Assembly (NCBI GenBank): GCA_002269645.1
Contig: NIVC01001539.1
Location: 62,001 to 126,000 of the forward strand
Reading direction: 5' to 3'
DNA from: Macrostomum lignano
Taxonomy: Eukaryota
Length of the DNA: 64,000 nt
Position 1 is the stretch's first letter, and every line of letters begins with the position of its first letter. The notes beneath the pieces were generated by a model. It was not told the DNA's origin. It was given only the letters and a program-made list of their open reading frames with translations, and did not search any database. The position numbers were made by a program, and so were the translations under genes. Below, piece after piece: positions 36,601 to 48,600 of this stretch.

Positions 36601-37143
36601 CAGCTCGACAATTGATGGCGATCCTCGATTCTCGGAATGGCCGTCATCCAATCTGACGGGAAGCAGCGCTGAACTTCTAGGCGGCAGGGTGCACTTCTCG
36701 GAGGTGTACACTCGGCAGGTTTGAAGCTCACGACGCGAATAACGAACAGGGATACACGTGCCATTGTTGAACGTTAGCATTCCTTGAGCGAAGTCCAAGT
36801 TCTGGCAGTGCTCTCGCATAAACGATACGCCAAGCAAATTTTCACAATCGGAGACCGTGACGAGGAATTCGGTGTCCGCGACGACATCACCAAACTCCAC
36901 GGGATGGTCACCTTACAAGCAAGTGGGAGCTGCGTCCCATCATACATAGTTACGCAATCGGGATAGCATGCGATATAATACAACGAGGCATCCGGCGTCT
37001 AATAGCGGCCCAGGTTGACGAACCAAGAAGTTTTTCCGGCTGCCGCTGTCTAGCAAGAAAGGGACCTCTCGACTCGCAACTCGACCTGTGACGTACGGAT
37101 CGGCCTCACGCGCATGGATTTTTTGATTCGGGGAGGTGTCCAC
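33540..37143 (-). CDS. Gypsy Pol (protease, RT, RNase H, long linker), broken by several single-base frameshifts
   Basis: FLLDSGS (PR); SSYNSPMLIVPKKDG, SLDLAQGFWQIP, LPMGL and GYMDD (RT); LDTDASD, ELLAIV, VRSDHRAL and NADALSR (RH), spread over ORFs 36940..37143, 36253..36900, 35834..36283, 35560..36009 and 33540..35687. Confidence 0.92.
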
Positions 37144-37162
37144 GAAACCTCCGCACTCCGCG

Positions 37163-38390
37163 TCACTTACTGACGAGCGACTGTCGGACTGGGCATTGGC
37201 GCCTGCACAGCCGACATCTCTTCTTCTGGTGACCTCTCGGAGTCTGCCAAGTAGCCTGGGCTTGGACCTCGCGGAGGGCGGTGCCGTTGTCGCTCTCCGC
37301 CTGGCCGTTTCCCTGGTTCTGGCGCATCGGGCACTGGGTGTTGCGATGACCGGGCTGTCCGCAGCTATAGCAGATTATAGCTCTCTTTGGCGGGCTGGCT
37401 ACCTGCTGTTGGTCACGCTGCACCAGGTGATCCAGCATTCGCTGCTGCTTCTCAATCAAGTCGGTTAGAGTCAGTAAGGCTTGGGCGGTGACGTCGGGTT
37501 TCGGGTCGCCGTCCTCCTCCCCGTCCAACATCCTAACCGGGGGTTGAGCAGATCGGTGCGCCAATTCTTTGGCGCCTTCTAGTCGTCGTAGCTCTCGAAT
37601 CGCAGCAAGAAGATTGTTCGGGCGAACCCAGTACAGCCGTTCACGCAGATCTGGAGTCGTCCGGATACCAGCAAGAAATTGATCAGTAATCTCCTTCTCG
37701 CGGTCTTCAGGATGCATTCGGGGATATGCACGTTCACCCAGAGTTCTCAGGGCGTCAGCGAACTCTTCTGCTGACTCATTCTTGCCTTGTTGACGACGTC
37801 GCAACAGTTCTCGATACTCATCAGCACCACCATGACGGGCAAATCGCTCAATCAGACGTTGCTTGACCTCCTCGTAGCTGGCGAAACGCGGAAGATTCAT
37901 ACCAAGCAAGGCTGGATACGCAGTAGCCAAATCAAGACTCGCGATGAGGTGTTGCTTCATCTCGAACGGGTCGACAATGCGCTCCATCTCGCAACGCTGC
38001 TCGAACGCGGCAAGCCAGACATGAATGTCCTGACTTGGAGTAAACTTCACAATTTTAACTTGTTTACTCACGGGCCGCTCCATCTGCTGCTGCAGAGCTG
38101 CCATCATGGTCCTCACGTCCTGGTGCGTGATGTTCCGGCCGATGTTGTCCAGGCCTTGCAGAAGCTCGTCTGGCGGGTCGTCGGACACGTCGCTTCTGGC
38201 ACCTTGCCTCGGCGTTGGCTGCTGACCAAAGTCGTTGATCGCTGCTGCTGCTGCGGCGGCGTCTCCGGCCGCAGGCCTCGAACTGCTGATGTGCTGATCC
38301 AGCCGGCTGCTGCACCGGCTTTCGTCTCGCTCGTTGAACATGTTGAACTCGTCGTAGTCGCTGGCCGAAGTCGTTCTCGAAAGAGCGGTT
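37163..38390 (-). CDS. Gag with retrotransposon-gag domain and CCHC zinc knuckle
   Basis: W..AFEQRC...YEEVKQRLIERF...QGKNESAEEFADAL...DQFLAGI and CYSCGQPGHRNTQC. The true start is uncertain because the track's start at 38443 lies inside the LTR. Confidence 0.88.
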
Positions 38391-38412
38391 GTCTTGGGTG
38401 TGTCGTAGTCGG

Positions 38413-38432
38413 ATCTCACCGCTGCGTCACCA
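38413..38432 (-). other. Primer-binding site, tRNA-Leu-like
   Basis: TGGTGACGCAGCGGTGAGAT, 1 nt from the 5' LTR. It resembles the complement of a tRNA-Leu 3' end (TGGTGGCAGCGGTGGGAT) with 2 extra bases. Confidence 0.7.
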
Positions 38433-38433
38433 G

Positions 38434-39427
38434 TGAAGTACAATGGGGTTTCTTCCCGGTTTAGGCCCTTGCGGATTACCTTCAGACTCGGGCCTCTTCA
38501 GTGGGAAGTTCTCTCAACTCTCTCAGTAGCGTAGGTAGTGCTGCCACCAGTTCCTTCAGGTCTCGGCCTTCGGTGAGGTGAGCTTCCGTCGGAACGAAAT
38601 AATGAAGTCAACGAACACAGCACGACGTGCAGATTTGCAGCTCAACGTATAAGGCGTCTCGTCAGCAGCACCTGCCGGGCTTGGATGGTACAGGGAGGGC
38701 TGAGTTAGCCTCTCGTAGACTTGGGTTGGTTTGGTCGGGTCTCAGTCGGAGCAACAGGAACAGAATCAATGTGCGCAAAGACTCGGACACTCGGGACTTA
38801 GTCACACGCGGACGTAGAACTCGAGGTTGAACAGAAGGAAGACTCCTTGACGGAAACAAGGGGGAGAGGGCTCCTATTTATAGCCGGGAAATTCCCACGC
38901 TCCAGACCTCGTGACTTGTTCTATTTTTAGAACTGACGTCACTCGAGAGTCTCAGGCAGGGTTCAAGCGCGCGGAAGACCTCGTGACTTGTTCTATTTTT
39001 AGAACTGACGTCACTTGAGGGTCCCCGGCAGAGTACACATGGCTGTGACTCAGTTGCTATTTTAGCAACATGAGTCACTCCTCTCCTTAGGAAAGGGAGG
39101 GGTCCGAAAGCATGTGACTCACCCGGTAAACAGGGCCAACGAGTGCAGTAAACATGTTTACTGCACTTTAAGACTCAAAGAACGCAAGAGCTGTCATGTG
39201 ACTTGCTCACAAGACAGGGAAAACGGGACGGGAGCGAAACAGAGACAGCCCACAGTCGAGAGACTGAGGGCTGAGAACGGAAACGCAGCAGGGCGGAAAG
39301 GACACGGGGGCAACAGGCAAGCGAAAGGAGGGCGGGAAGCTGACCAGCGGCAGACAGCAACCCAGGGCGGAGGCGAGGGAACAGCTGACAAGGGCGACGC
39401 CTAACCATAAACTAGCGGCTCACTACA
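38434..39427 (-). repeat. 5' LTR (994 bp)
   Basis: Direct repeat of 29009-30003 with TG/CA ends. Confidence 0.95.
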
Positions 39428-39574
39428 CTTTCTTTCTTTGTCAGTTCTTTTAACACGAGACATGGGACTGGAGAAAGTTTTTTCTTTGCAGATAGCAAGG
39501 AATGACAATCAATATTCTCAAATCAAGGCTCAGTAGTCGTAACTATCGATGAGGCAGCAGTTCTGCTCGTACGA

Positions 39575-40110
39575 CTTACTTGACTTAGCTGCAGGGTGGT
39601 CCGTAGACACAGCGTGGAGGCGAGGGTCGCCCATTCCGCTAGCCCCTGAAGGCCCGCAGGCAGGCAGAGGCGTGTGGGGCCGGTCAAGGTGGTCCGCCGG
39701 TGCGTCCTGCAGCGTGATCTTCCGTGGGGAAGAAAGTGGCCCGTCTTGTGGCCTGAAGGAACTGCTGGATGCATGAGCCATGTGGGATGCTGTCGGTCTG
39801 GCAGACCTCGTCAATGGAGGGGTTCGGCCCGAGGTAGCGTAGCCGTAGAAAGGGCAGTGACAAACAAAATGCTGAGCATCTTCGTTGTCGTACTCGCAGA
39901 AAGGGCCAAGTTCACTCTCGAGGTCGCCTCGGATGAAGCAGTGCCTGGCGAGGTAACCATGGCCGGTAAAGGTCGTGACAAGGGCTCGAATATCCTTTCG
40001 GTTTTGGTTCAGAAGGACGTTCTTGAGCCAGAGGGGCGCGGTGCGTGATTGCCGGCAGTTCTGGGCGCCCGTCCATCTGTCCCTGTGAAGCTGCTCGTCA
40101 AGGACCATTA
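39575..40110 (-). mobile_element. 3' fragment of a LINE (I/LOA/R1-like C-terminal CCHC region) with (AAGT)n tail
   Basis: W..AQNCRQSR...RKDIRALVTTFTGHGYLARH...FCEYDNEDAQHFVCHCP. Tail AAGTCAAGTAAG ends at 39575. 12-bp direct repeat CTGCTCGTACGA at 39563-39574 and 40489-40500. Confidence 0.78.
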
Positions 40111-40729
40111 GGAACACTTCGTTATATAAGGACGTAACACTCAATTCGTGTAAAAATAGTTGATGGCCGATTTCAGTTCTCGTATACATTAGTGAGATAG
40201 ACGAATTGCATGATTTTCAACATAATGTGCTGTTTGCATAAGCCTATGGCTATTGATTTCCGAAATTTTGCAGTATGTAACCAGAAACACTTAGCTAAAT
40301 TATATTATTTTGTGGTTTTTAGTCATATTATTAGGTTATTTACCGTTTTTTACATTACTTATGACTAGGCTAGGCCTATTACTAAGGACAAATGTTTATC
40401 GACTTGGATGGGAACCTAGTAATAGATACTTTATAGACCTATAGACCTATTTGATTTCTAGCTAGTCATAACCCTAACTGTCTAACTGCTGCTCGTACGA
40501 GAGCTCTCGGGCCAATTTTCGTTCACAAGCCGCAAAAACAGCAAAAGAAAATAGTAAAACAACGATATGCCTGACTGGCGGTTAAAATTGGTCGGAGAAA
40601 GTACTCCAGTACATGTAAGTTTCTATATGTGCGAGTCAACAAACTTAAGGGGAAGAGAATTGAAGTTTTTGCCGCACTACAGAGTCTACAGAATCTTTCA
40701 CAATCACCAGCTGCTTGACGTGTACAAAC

Positions 40730-40891
40730 TCATCGACTGTGCGGAGTGAAGTACAGACTGTACCTTGACTTTGGCACCTGGACGCCAAGCAGGCAGAAGT
40801 GCGAAGCGGAGAATGGCCTGGCCACCATGGCTGACGTGATTATAGCGTCGAAGAAATGAACCATGTCGAGGCGATCTCTTACACGTACGGG
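40730..40891 (+). other. Possible C-type-lectin-like exon remnant (frameshifted)
   Basis: GC-rich patch reading CGVKYRLYLDFGTWTPSRQKCEAENGLATMAD, then (shifted) EEMNHVEAISYTYG ending at G|GTAAAG. The pattern C-Y-W-C-LA-EE resembles the start of a CTLD. Weak. Confidence 0.25.
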
Positions 40892-40897
40892 GTAAAG

Positions 40898-42058
40898 ACA
40901 ACATCTCATGCTTATGACTCATGAGCTTTGCAGTGACAACTGAACCTCTTCATCTCATGCTTATGACTCTCATGAGCTTTGCAGTGACAACTGAACCTCT
41001 TCATCTCATGCTTATGACTCTCATGAGCTTTGCAGTGACAACTGAACCTCTTCATCTCATGCTTATGACTCTCATGAGCTTTGCAGTGACAACTGAACCT
41101 CTTCATCTCATGCTTATGACTCTCATGAGCTTTGCAGTGACAACTGAACCTCTTCATCTCATGCTTATGACTCTCGTGAGCTTTGCAGTGACAACTGAAC
41201 CTCTTCATCTCATGCTTATGACTCATTAGATTTGCAGTGACAACTGAACCTCTTCATCTCATGCTTATGACTCTCATGAGCTTTGCAGTGACAACTGAAC
41301 CTCTTCATCTCATGCTTATGACTCTCATGAGCTTTGCAGTGACAACTGAACCTCTTCATCTCATGCTTATGACTCTCATGAGCTTTGCAGTGACAACTGA
41401 ACCTCTTCATCTCATGCTTATGACTCTCATGAGCTTTGCATTGACAACTGAACCTCTTCATCTCATGCTTATGACTCATTAGATTTGCAGTGACAACTGA
41501 ACCTCTTCATCTCATGCTTATGACTCCCATGAGCTTTGCAGTGACAACTGAACCTCTTCATCTCATGCTTATGACTCCCATGAGCTTTGCAGTGACAACT
41601 GAACCTCTTCATCTCATGCTTATGACTCTCATGAGCTTTGCAGTGACAACTGAACCTCTTCATCTCATGCTTATGACTCATGAGCTCTGCAGTGACAACT
41701 GAACCTCTTCATCTCATGCTTATGACTCATGAGCTCTGCAGTGACAACTGAACCTCTTCATCTCATGCTTATGACTCATTAGATTTGCAGTGACAACTGA
41801 ACCTCTTCATCTCATGCTTATGACTCCCATGAGCTTTGCAGTGACAACTGAACCTCTTCATCTCATGCTTATGACTCATGAGCTCTGCAGTGACAACTGA
41901 ACCTCTTCATCTCATGCTTATGACTCATTAGATTTGCAGTGACAACTGAACCTCTTCATCTCATGCTTATGACTCCCATGAGCTTTGCAGTGACAACTGA
42001 ACCTCTTCATCTCATGCTTATGACTCATGAGCTCTGCAGTGACAACTGAACCTCATCT
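40898..42058. repeat. 51-bp (and 49-bp variant) minisatellite, about 23 copies
   Basis: Unit ATGAGCTTTGCAGTGACAACTGAACCTCTTCATCTCATGCTTATGACTCTC; 17-aa period in the ORFs. Confidence 0.97.
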
Positions 42059-42664
42059 CATTCCTCCACTCTCATCCTCTAATCTCTTACACTTACACCC
42101 TCCTCCAGCCTCCCACACCCTCCTCCAGCCTCCCACACCCTCTTCCAGTCACTCACACTCTCCTTCACTCTCTTTCAAGAACTGTAATACATTAAATATT
42201 ACTGCTGCTCAAGGGCTTCCACACCGTACCAAGAATCATAAGCATTAACCACAGCAAGGCAGTGTCTTTTTAACGCGGGCCAAGCAGAAAGCACAAACCC
42301 CGGTAAAACAGCATTCAGGCAGGTCCCTGCCCGTTGGGTCTGGGGCCAGCCTATGGTTTAGTCCACCAACAGTCAAATTTCATGCCTTCCCCGGGGTCAG
42401 TCCCGCCAACTATTCATACTTCACCCTTCCCTCACTCCTCGTACAGCGAATTTAAATTTCTAGGAAAATATGCAGCAGCAGAAGATAGCAACTGCGTACT
42501 CTACGCGTATGTACATTCTGTCTACAGTCTAGACTGATAAACTACCACGCACGCAGTAAAGTGAGGTTTTCCAGGATATCACTAGCCCCGTTGAGCCTCT
42601 AATTCTATATGGTGATATAAAAATTTTTACTTGGGGAGCCCGTATGACTCGGCTGAGTTAGACA

Positions 42665-45600
42665 ATGTCCACCACTGCTGCTTGGAATTTGCTCTGCCAC
42701 CGGCTCGGCCGTCAGGGCGAGTCTCAGCTGCGCGCCGAGGCCGCCCAGGCGCCGGACGCCACCGACCGGGATGTCCGGCGACGTCTGGCCGAACTGCTGC
42801 CAGACGAGCGGGCCAGGCTGACGCTGCGGCCGGACAGCGGCGACCATGGCCTGACGGGAGCTCACCTGCTGGCCGACCTGGGACTGGCCTTGACTCTGCA
42901 GCAGGTGCTGCAGTCCGTCGCTGACGCCCGCTGTCCGGCTGCCGCTTACGCCGACGCCAAGGGCCGGACGCCACTGCATTGGGCGGCCAGAGCCGGACAC
43001 TGGCCGGTCTGCAAAGTGCTGCTTGACTCTGGAGGGTGCGGCAATTTGGATTCTAAAAAAATTGATTCAGTAGCCAACTCATTGTGTGATCCCTTCCCGT
43101 CTCCCTGCCTCTCTTCTCCCCTCCCCGCCTCTCTTCTCCCCTCCATGCCTCTCTTCTCCCCTCCATGCCTCTCTTCTCCCCTCCCCGCCTCTCTTCTCCC
43201 CTCCCCGCCTCTCTTCTCCCCTCCATGCCTCTCTTCTCCCCTCCCCGCCTCTCTTCTCCACTCCATGCCTCTCTTCTCCCCTCCTCGCCTCTCTTCTCCC
43301 CTCCCCGCCTCTCTTCTCCCCTCAATGCCTCTCTTCTCCCCTCCCCGCCTCTCTTCTCCCTCCCCGCCTCTCTTCTCCCCTCCATGCCTCTCTTCTCCCC
43401 TCCCCGCCTCTCTTCTCCCCTCCCCGCCTCTCTTCTCTCCTCCATGCCTCTCTTCTCCCCCCGCCTCTCTTCTCCCCCGCCTCTCTTCTCCCCTCCCCGC
43501 CTCTCTTCTCCCCTCCCCCTCTCTTCTCTCCTCTATGCCTCTCTTCTCCCTCCCCGCCTCTCTTCTCCCCTCCCCGCCTCTCTTCTCTCCTCCATGCCTC
43601 TCTTCCCTTCCCCGCCTCTCTTCTCCCCCCGCCTCTCTTCTCCCCTCCATGCCTCTCTTCTCCCCTCCCCGCCTCTCTTCTCCCCTCCATGCCTCTCTTC
43701 TCCCCTCCCCGCCTCTCTTCTCCACTCCATGCCTCTCTTCTCCACTCCATGCCTCTCTTCTCCCCTCCCCGCCTCTCTTCTCCCCTCCATGCCTCTCTTC
43801 TCCCCTCCATGCCTCTCTTCTCCCCTCCCCGCCTCTCTTCTCTCCTCCATGCCTCTCTTCTCCCCCGCCTCTCTTCTCCCCTCCCCGCCTCTCTTCTCCC
43901 CTCCATGCCTCTCTTCTCCCCTCCCCGCCTCTCTTCTCCCCTTCCCCGCCTCTCTTCTCCCCCGCCTCTCTTCTCCCCTCCCCGCCTCTCTTCTCCCCTC
44001 CCCGCCTCTCTTCTCCCCTCCATGCCTCTCTTCTCCCCTCCCCGCCTCTCTTCTCCACTCCATGCCTCTCTTCTCCCCTCCTCGCCTCTCTTCTTCCCTC
44101 CATGCCTCTCTTCTCCCCTCCATGCCTCTCTTCTCCCCTCCCCGCCTCTCTTCTCCCCTCCCCGCCTCTCTTCTCCCCTCCATGCCTCTCTTCTCCCCTC
44201 CCCGCCTCTCTTCTCCACTCCATGCCTCTCTTCTCCCCTCCTCGCCTCTCTTCTCCCCTCCCCGCCTCTCTTCTCCCCTCAATGCCTCTCTTCTCCCCTC
44301 CCCGCCTCTCTTCTCCCCTCCCCGCCTCTCTTCTCCCCTCCATGCCTCTCTTCTCCCCTCCCCGCCTCTCTTCTCCCCTCCCCGCCTCTCTTCTCTCCTC
44401 CATGCCTCTCTTCTCCCCCCGCCTCTCTTCTCCCCCCGCCTCTCTTCTCCCCTCCATGCCTCTCTTCTCCCCTCCCCGCCTCTCTTCTCTCCTCTATGCC
44501 TCTCTTCTCCCCTCCCCGCCTCTCTTCTCCCCTCCCCGCCTCTCTTCTCTCCTCCATGCCTCTCTTCCCTTCCCCGCCTCTCTTCTCCCCCCGCCTCTCT
44601 TCTCCCCTCCATGCCTCTCTTCTCCCCTCCCCGCCTCTCTTCTCCCCTCCATGCCTCTCTTCTCCCCTCCCCGCCTCTCTTCTCCACTCCATGCCTCTCT
44701 TCTCCACTCCATGCCTCTCTTCTCCCCTCCCCGCCTCTCTTCTCCCCTCCATGCCTCTCTTCTCCCCTCCCCGCCTCTCTTCTCTCCTCCATGCCTCTCT
44801 TCTCCCCCCGCCTCTCTTCTCCCCTCCCCGCCTCTCTTCTCCCCTCCATGCCTCTCTTCTCCCCTCCCCGCCTCTCTTCTCCCCTTCCCCGCCTCTCTTC
44901 TCCCCCGCCTCTCTTCTCCCCTCCCCGCCTCTCTTCTCCCCTCCCCGCCTCTCTTCTCCCCTCCATGCCTCTCTTCTCCCCTCCCGCCTCTCTTCTCCAC
45001 TCCATGCCTCTCTTCTCCCCTCCTCGCCTCTCTTCTTCCCTCCATGCCTCTCTTCTCCCCTCCCCGCCTCTCTTCTCCCCTCCATGCCTCTCTTCTCCCC
45101 TCCCCGCCTCTCTTCTCCCCTTCCCCGCCTCTCTTCTCTTCTCCCCGCCTCTCTTCTCCCCTCCATGCCTCTCTTCTCTCCTCTATGCCTCTCTTCTCTC
45201 TATAATGCCTCTCTCTGACACAAAAGCTGATAACAAACTCCTATTTAAAGGAGACTGCTAGAAAACTAACGTAAACGCAGAAGCAAACTGGCACCCCTGC
45301 AGGTGCTGCATGACCGCACTGGACAGCTGCGGCCGCACACCGCTGGACCTCGCCGTGTCTGGCGGACACGCCGAACTTCTGGAGGCGGCATTCAACCAAA
45401 ATGACAGCTGGCGCCGATTTTTATCGCGTCAGCGCGACTTCAAAGGCCGAACGGCGTTGCACGCGGCGTGCCGGGCAAAATCGACTTCTAAGGGCGACGG
45501 CTGCAGCGCGAAGGTGCTGGCGCTGCTGCTGCGCCGGCTGGAGGCGCCGGAGAAGCTGGCGCGGTTCCTCGACGAAGCGCGCGGCTGGCCGGCCGGATTT

Positions 45601-48600
45601 TATGCCGCCGAACGGGGCGACGTCGCCTGCCTGCGGTTGCTGGCCAGCCGGCCGGACACGCAGCTGGCCGGGCTGATTCAGCGCGCCGAAGACGGCCGGT
45701 CGCTGCTGCACGCGGCGGCTCAGGGCGGCAGCGTCGAAGCCTTCGAGTTCGGCGTCAGCCTCGGTCTCGACCCGTCCTCGTTGGTGACCGACGAAGGCGA
45801 GACGCCCGCGCATGACTGCGCCCGCGTCGGGCACGCCGAGCTGCTGCGCCGCCTTCTTGACGGCGACACCGGCGGCGCTTTAATCGGCGCGGCGGAACGG
45901 CGCGGCGGACAGACGCTGCTGCACTGCGCGGCTGAGTCGAACAGCTTGGAGGCGGCGCGAGCCCTCATCGAAGCCGGGCACCCACTCGATGCGCTTGACG
46001 ACTGGGGCCGCACGCCGGCTGAGGCGGCTCGAGTTGTTGGAAGCCACGACGTGGCGGAGGCGATCGAGTCGGAGCTGTCTGCCGCGGCTGCGACCCCGGA
46101 GCTGCACGCCGCAGTCCTGACCGAGGCGCCTGACGATCACGACTGCGACCCGGCAGCTGGCGTGGTTGAAGTTCTGCAGTCTCTTGAAGGTGACGAGCGG
46201 CGCCGGCGGCTGTGGCAGCGCGATGAAGCCGGCCTGACGGCGGCTCACGTGGCGGCTGAAGCCGGCAGTGTCGGCGCTCTGGCGCAGCTTCTGACTGCCG
46301 AGCCGCGCCTGCTGTGGGCGCTGACGCCGCGTCGCGAGACGCTGCTCTACTTGGCTTTGAAATGCGACAAAGACAAGGCGCGTGACGCTACCGTCCAGCG
46401 GCTGCTCGACTGGGGCGTTCGGACAGACGTTGCCGACGTGAACGGCATCACGGCGCTGAGACTGGCCGCTCACAAAGGTCTCTCCGGCGCGTTCGATGCG
46501 GTTTCAATTGCCTGCGGCGGCCTTCGCGCTGCCTGCAACCGCGAGTGCGTCTTCGACAGCGGCGTCGGCGGCGTCGGGAAGCAGCGAGGCAGCCTCCTGC
46601 ATGTGGCCGCGGCAGGTGGCTCGGTGCACATTGTTCAACGCCTGCTCGCGCTCCGCATCCCGGCTTTCGATCCGTTTCTGGCGCGGGATGCCAAGGGCCG
46701 CCTTCCGGTGCGTCTTTCTCGATCAACTGGACTGACAAATTGCCAATTGCAGTCAGCTCAATGTTAGAATACCTTTCTTGAAGCACGATAGCCGTTCCTC
46801 CGTCTCTGCAGGTGCACTGGGCAGCCCGGGCCGGCTCCGCTGATTGCTTGGCCTGTCTTCTGCGCCTGGAAATTGCGGCTGGTCGCGCGGCACCACAGCC
46901 GCCCAGCCTCCATCATCTGGCGATGCGGAGCGGCTCTGAGCAGGCGGTCGCCGTGCTTGACCAGCTGCGCGTGCCCGCCCTGCGCCTGGACAGCCGCGGC
47001 CGCTCCCTGCTTCACTCGGCAGCGGCCGGTGGCAGCGAGAGCCTCGTCAAAGGCCTGCTTGACACGCCAGCAGCGGCGCTGAAGCAGTCGCTGACCGCTG
47101 TGGACACTCGAGGAGCCACGCCGGCTCACGCTGCTGCGGCGGCCGGTCGTGCGGACATCCTTCGACTGCTGTTGGACGGAGGCGACTGCAGCACCGCGGC
47201 GGAGACGCTGCTTCGCGCAGCAGCTCGCGGCGGCTGCCTTGAATCTGTCCGGCTGCTGCTTGACAGAGCGGAGGGTCGCTTGAGCTTTGATCGTTCTGTG
47301 TCCGAAGATGCTGAAGGTGCGTGTTTCTGCAACTGCTTTATGAGTCAGCGTGAGTATGCTAGTCCATTACAAGTACAAGTTCCACTAATACTCGGTGCAC
47401 ATCAAGTGACAGCAGATCCCTATCAGTGCCAGTTCATCTGCCTCAGCGGCCCGAGCCCACTCAATTTCTTAAGTTCAGTGTTTCTTAAGTTCAATTTTAT
47501 TAGGTTAATTTTATCATTGTTTTAGTTTCTTTTAGTTTAGTTCACTTTAGTTTAGTTCAGTTTAGTTCAGTTTATTTCACTTTAGTTTAGTTCACTTTAG
47601 TTCACTTTAGTTCACTTTAGTTCACTTTAGTTCACTTTAGTTCACTTTAGTTCACTTTAGTTCACTTTAGTTCACTTTAGTTCACTTTAGTTCACTTTAG
47701 TTCACTTTACTTCACTTTAGTTCACTTTAGTTCACTTTCGTTCAGTTTTGTTTAGTTTAGTTTAGTTTAGATCAGTTTAGTTCAGATAATCGTGTTTAGT
47801 TTAGTTAGTTTTGCTTATTTTTTATTTTCGTTTAGTTTCGTTTAGTTTCGTTTAGTTAAGTTAAGTTAAGTTTAGTTAAGTTAAGTTTAGTTTAGTTTAG
47901 TTTAGTCTAGTTCAGTTTAGTTCAATTTAGTTCAGAGGATCCCGTTTAGTTTAGTTAGTTTACCTTATTTTTCAATTTTAGTATAATTCAGTTTAGTTTA
48001 GTTCAGTTTTTTACTGGTAGTTTACTTCAGTTTAGTTCAGTTCAGTTTAGTTTCGTTCAGTTTAGTGCAGTTTATTTATCAGCGAGATGCATCACCGACC
48101 CAAGGTGTGGGTATTCTCCAGCACCCGATGCTCCTGATAGAAAAACAAACAAACCAAAAACTGGGTCGCCAATAAACTCACTTTAACGAGCTGCTTGCTC
48201 ATCAAACGCGCAGACGCTCCGCCAGGGGAACAGAGCCGATTCCGGGAAACAGCGGCGCACGCAGCCGCCAGAGCGGGCCAGACGGAGTTGCTGTCCGAGC
48301 TGGTGCTCAGTCGAACGGAGCCGCCGCCACCGGGGCTGCTCCACGCGGCTGCGGAAGCTGGCCAGGCCGCCACGGTGACTCTGCTGCTGGAGTCCGGCCG
48401 CTGCTGCCCGTTCGATAGGGACCCGGCCACTGGTCGGACGGTGGCCCACTGCGCCGCTGCGTCTGGCGACCCCAGGACACTGAGAGCTGTGCTCGCTTTC
48501 GATCAAGACTATGCGATGTCCAAGTCGACTGACTCCGCGGGACAGTCGCTGCTGCACTCGGCAGTGGAGACGGAGGCGGCCGCTGTGAGCCCCTCAGCCC

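Larger units (their letters stand above)
29009..39427 (-). mobile_element. Full-length young Ty3/gypsy LTR retrotransposon (10.4 kb)
   Basis: TG...CA LTRs at 29009-30003 and 38434-39427. 4-bp TSD CTTT (29005-29008, 39428-39431). PBS and PPT present. Domain order gag-PR-RT-RH-INT. Confidence 0.97.

Noticed and set aside
32722-38464. Plus-strand ORFs antisense to gag/pol (for example 273 aa and 225 aa)
   Set aside because: Shadow frames of GC-rich coding sequence.
40912-41702. 17-aa repeat ORFs on both strands; possible CRISPR
   Set aside because: Pure tandem 51-bp units with no unique spacers and no cas genes; eukaryotic context.
42946-45261. ORFs of 300-850 aa (PPRLSS/GEERR repeats)
   Set aside because: Stop-free translations of a 21-bp minisatellite that lies in a phase-compatible GT-AG intron (43036-45302).
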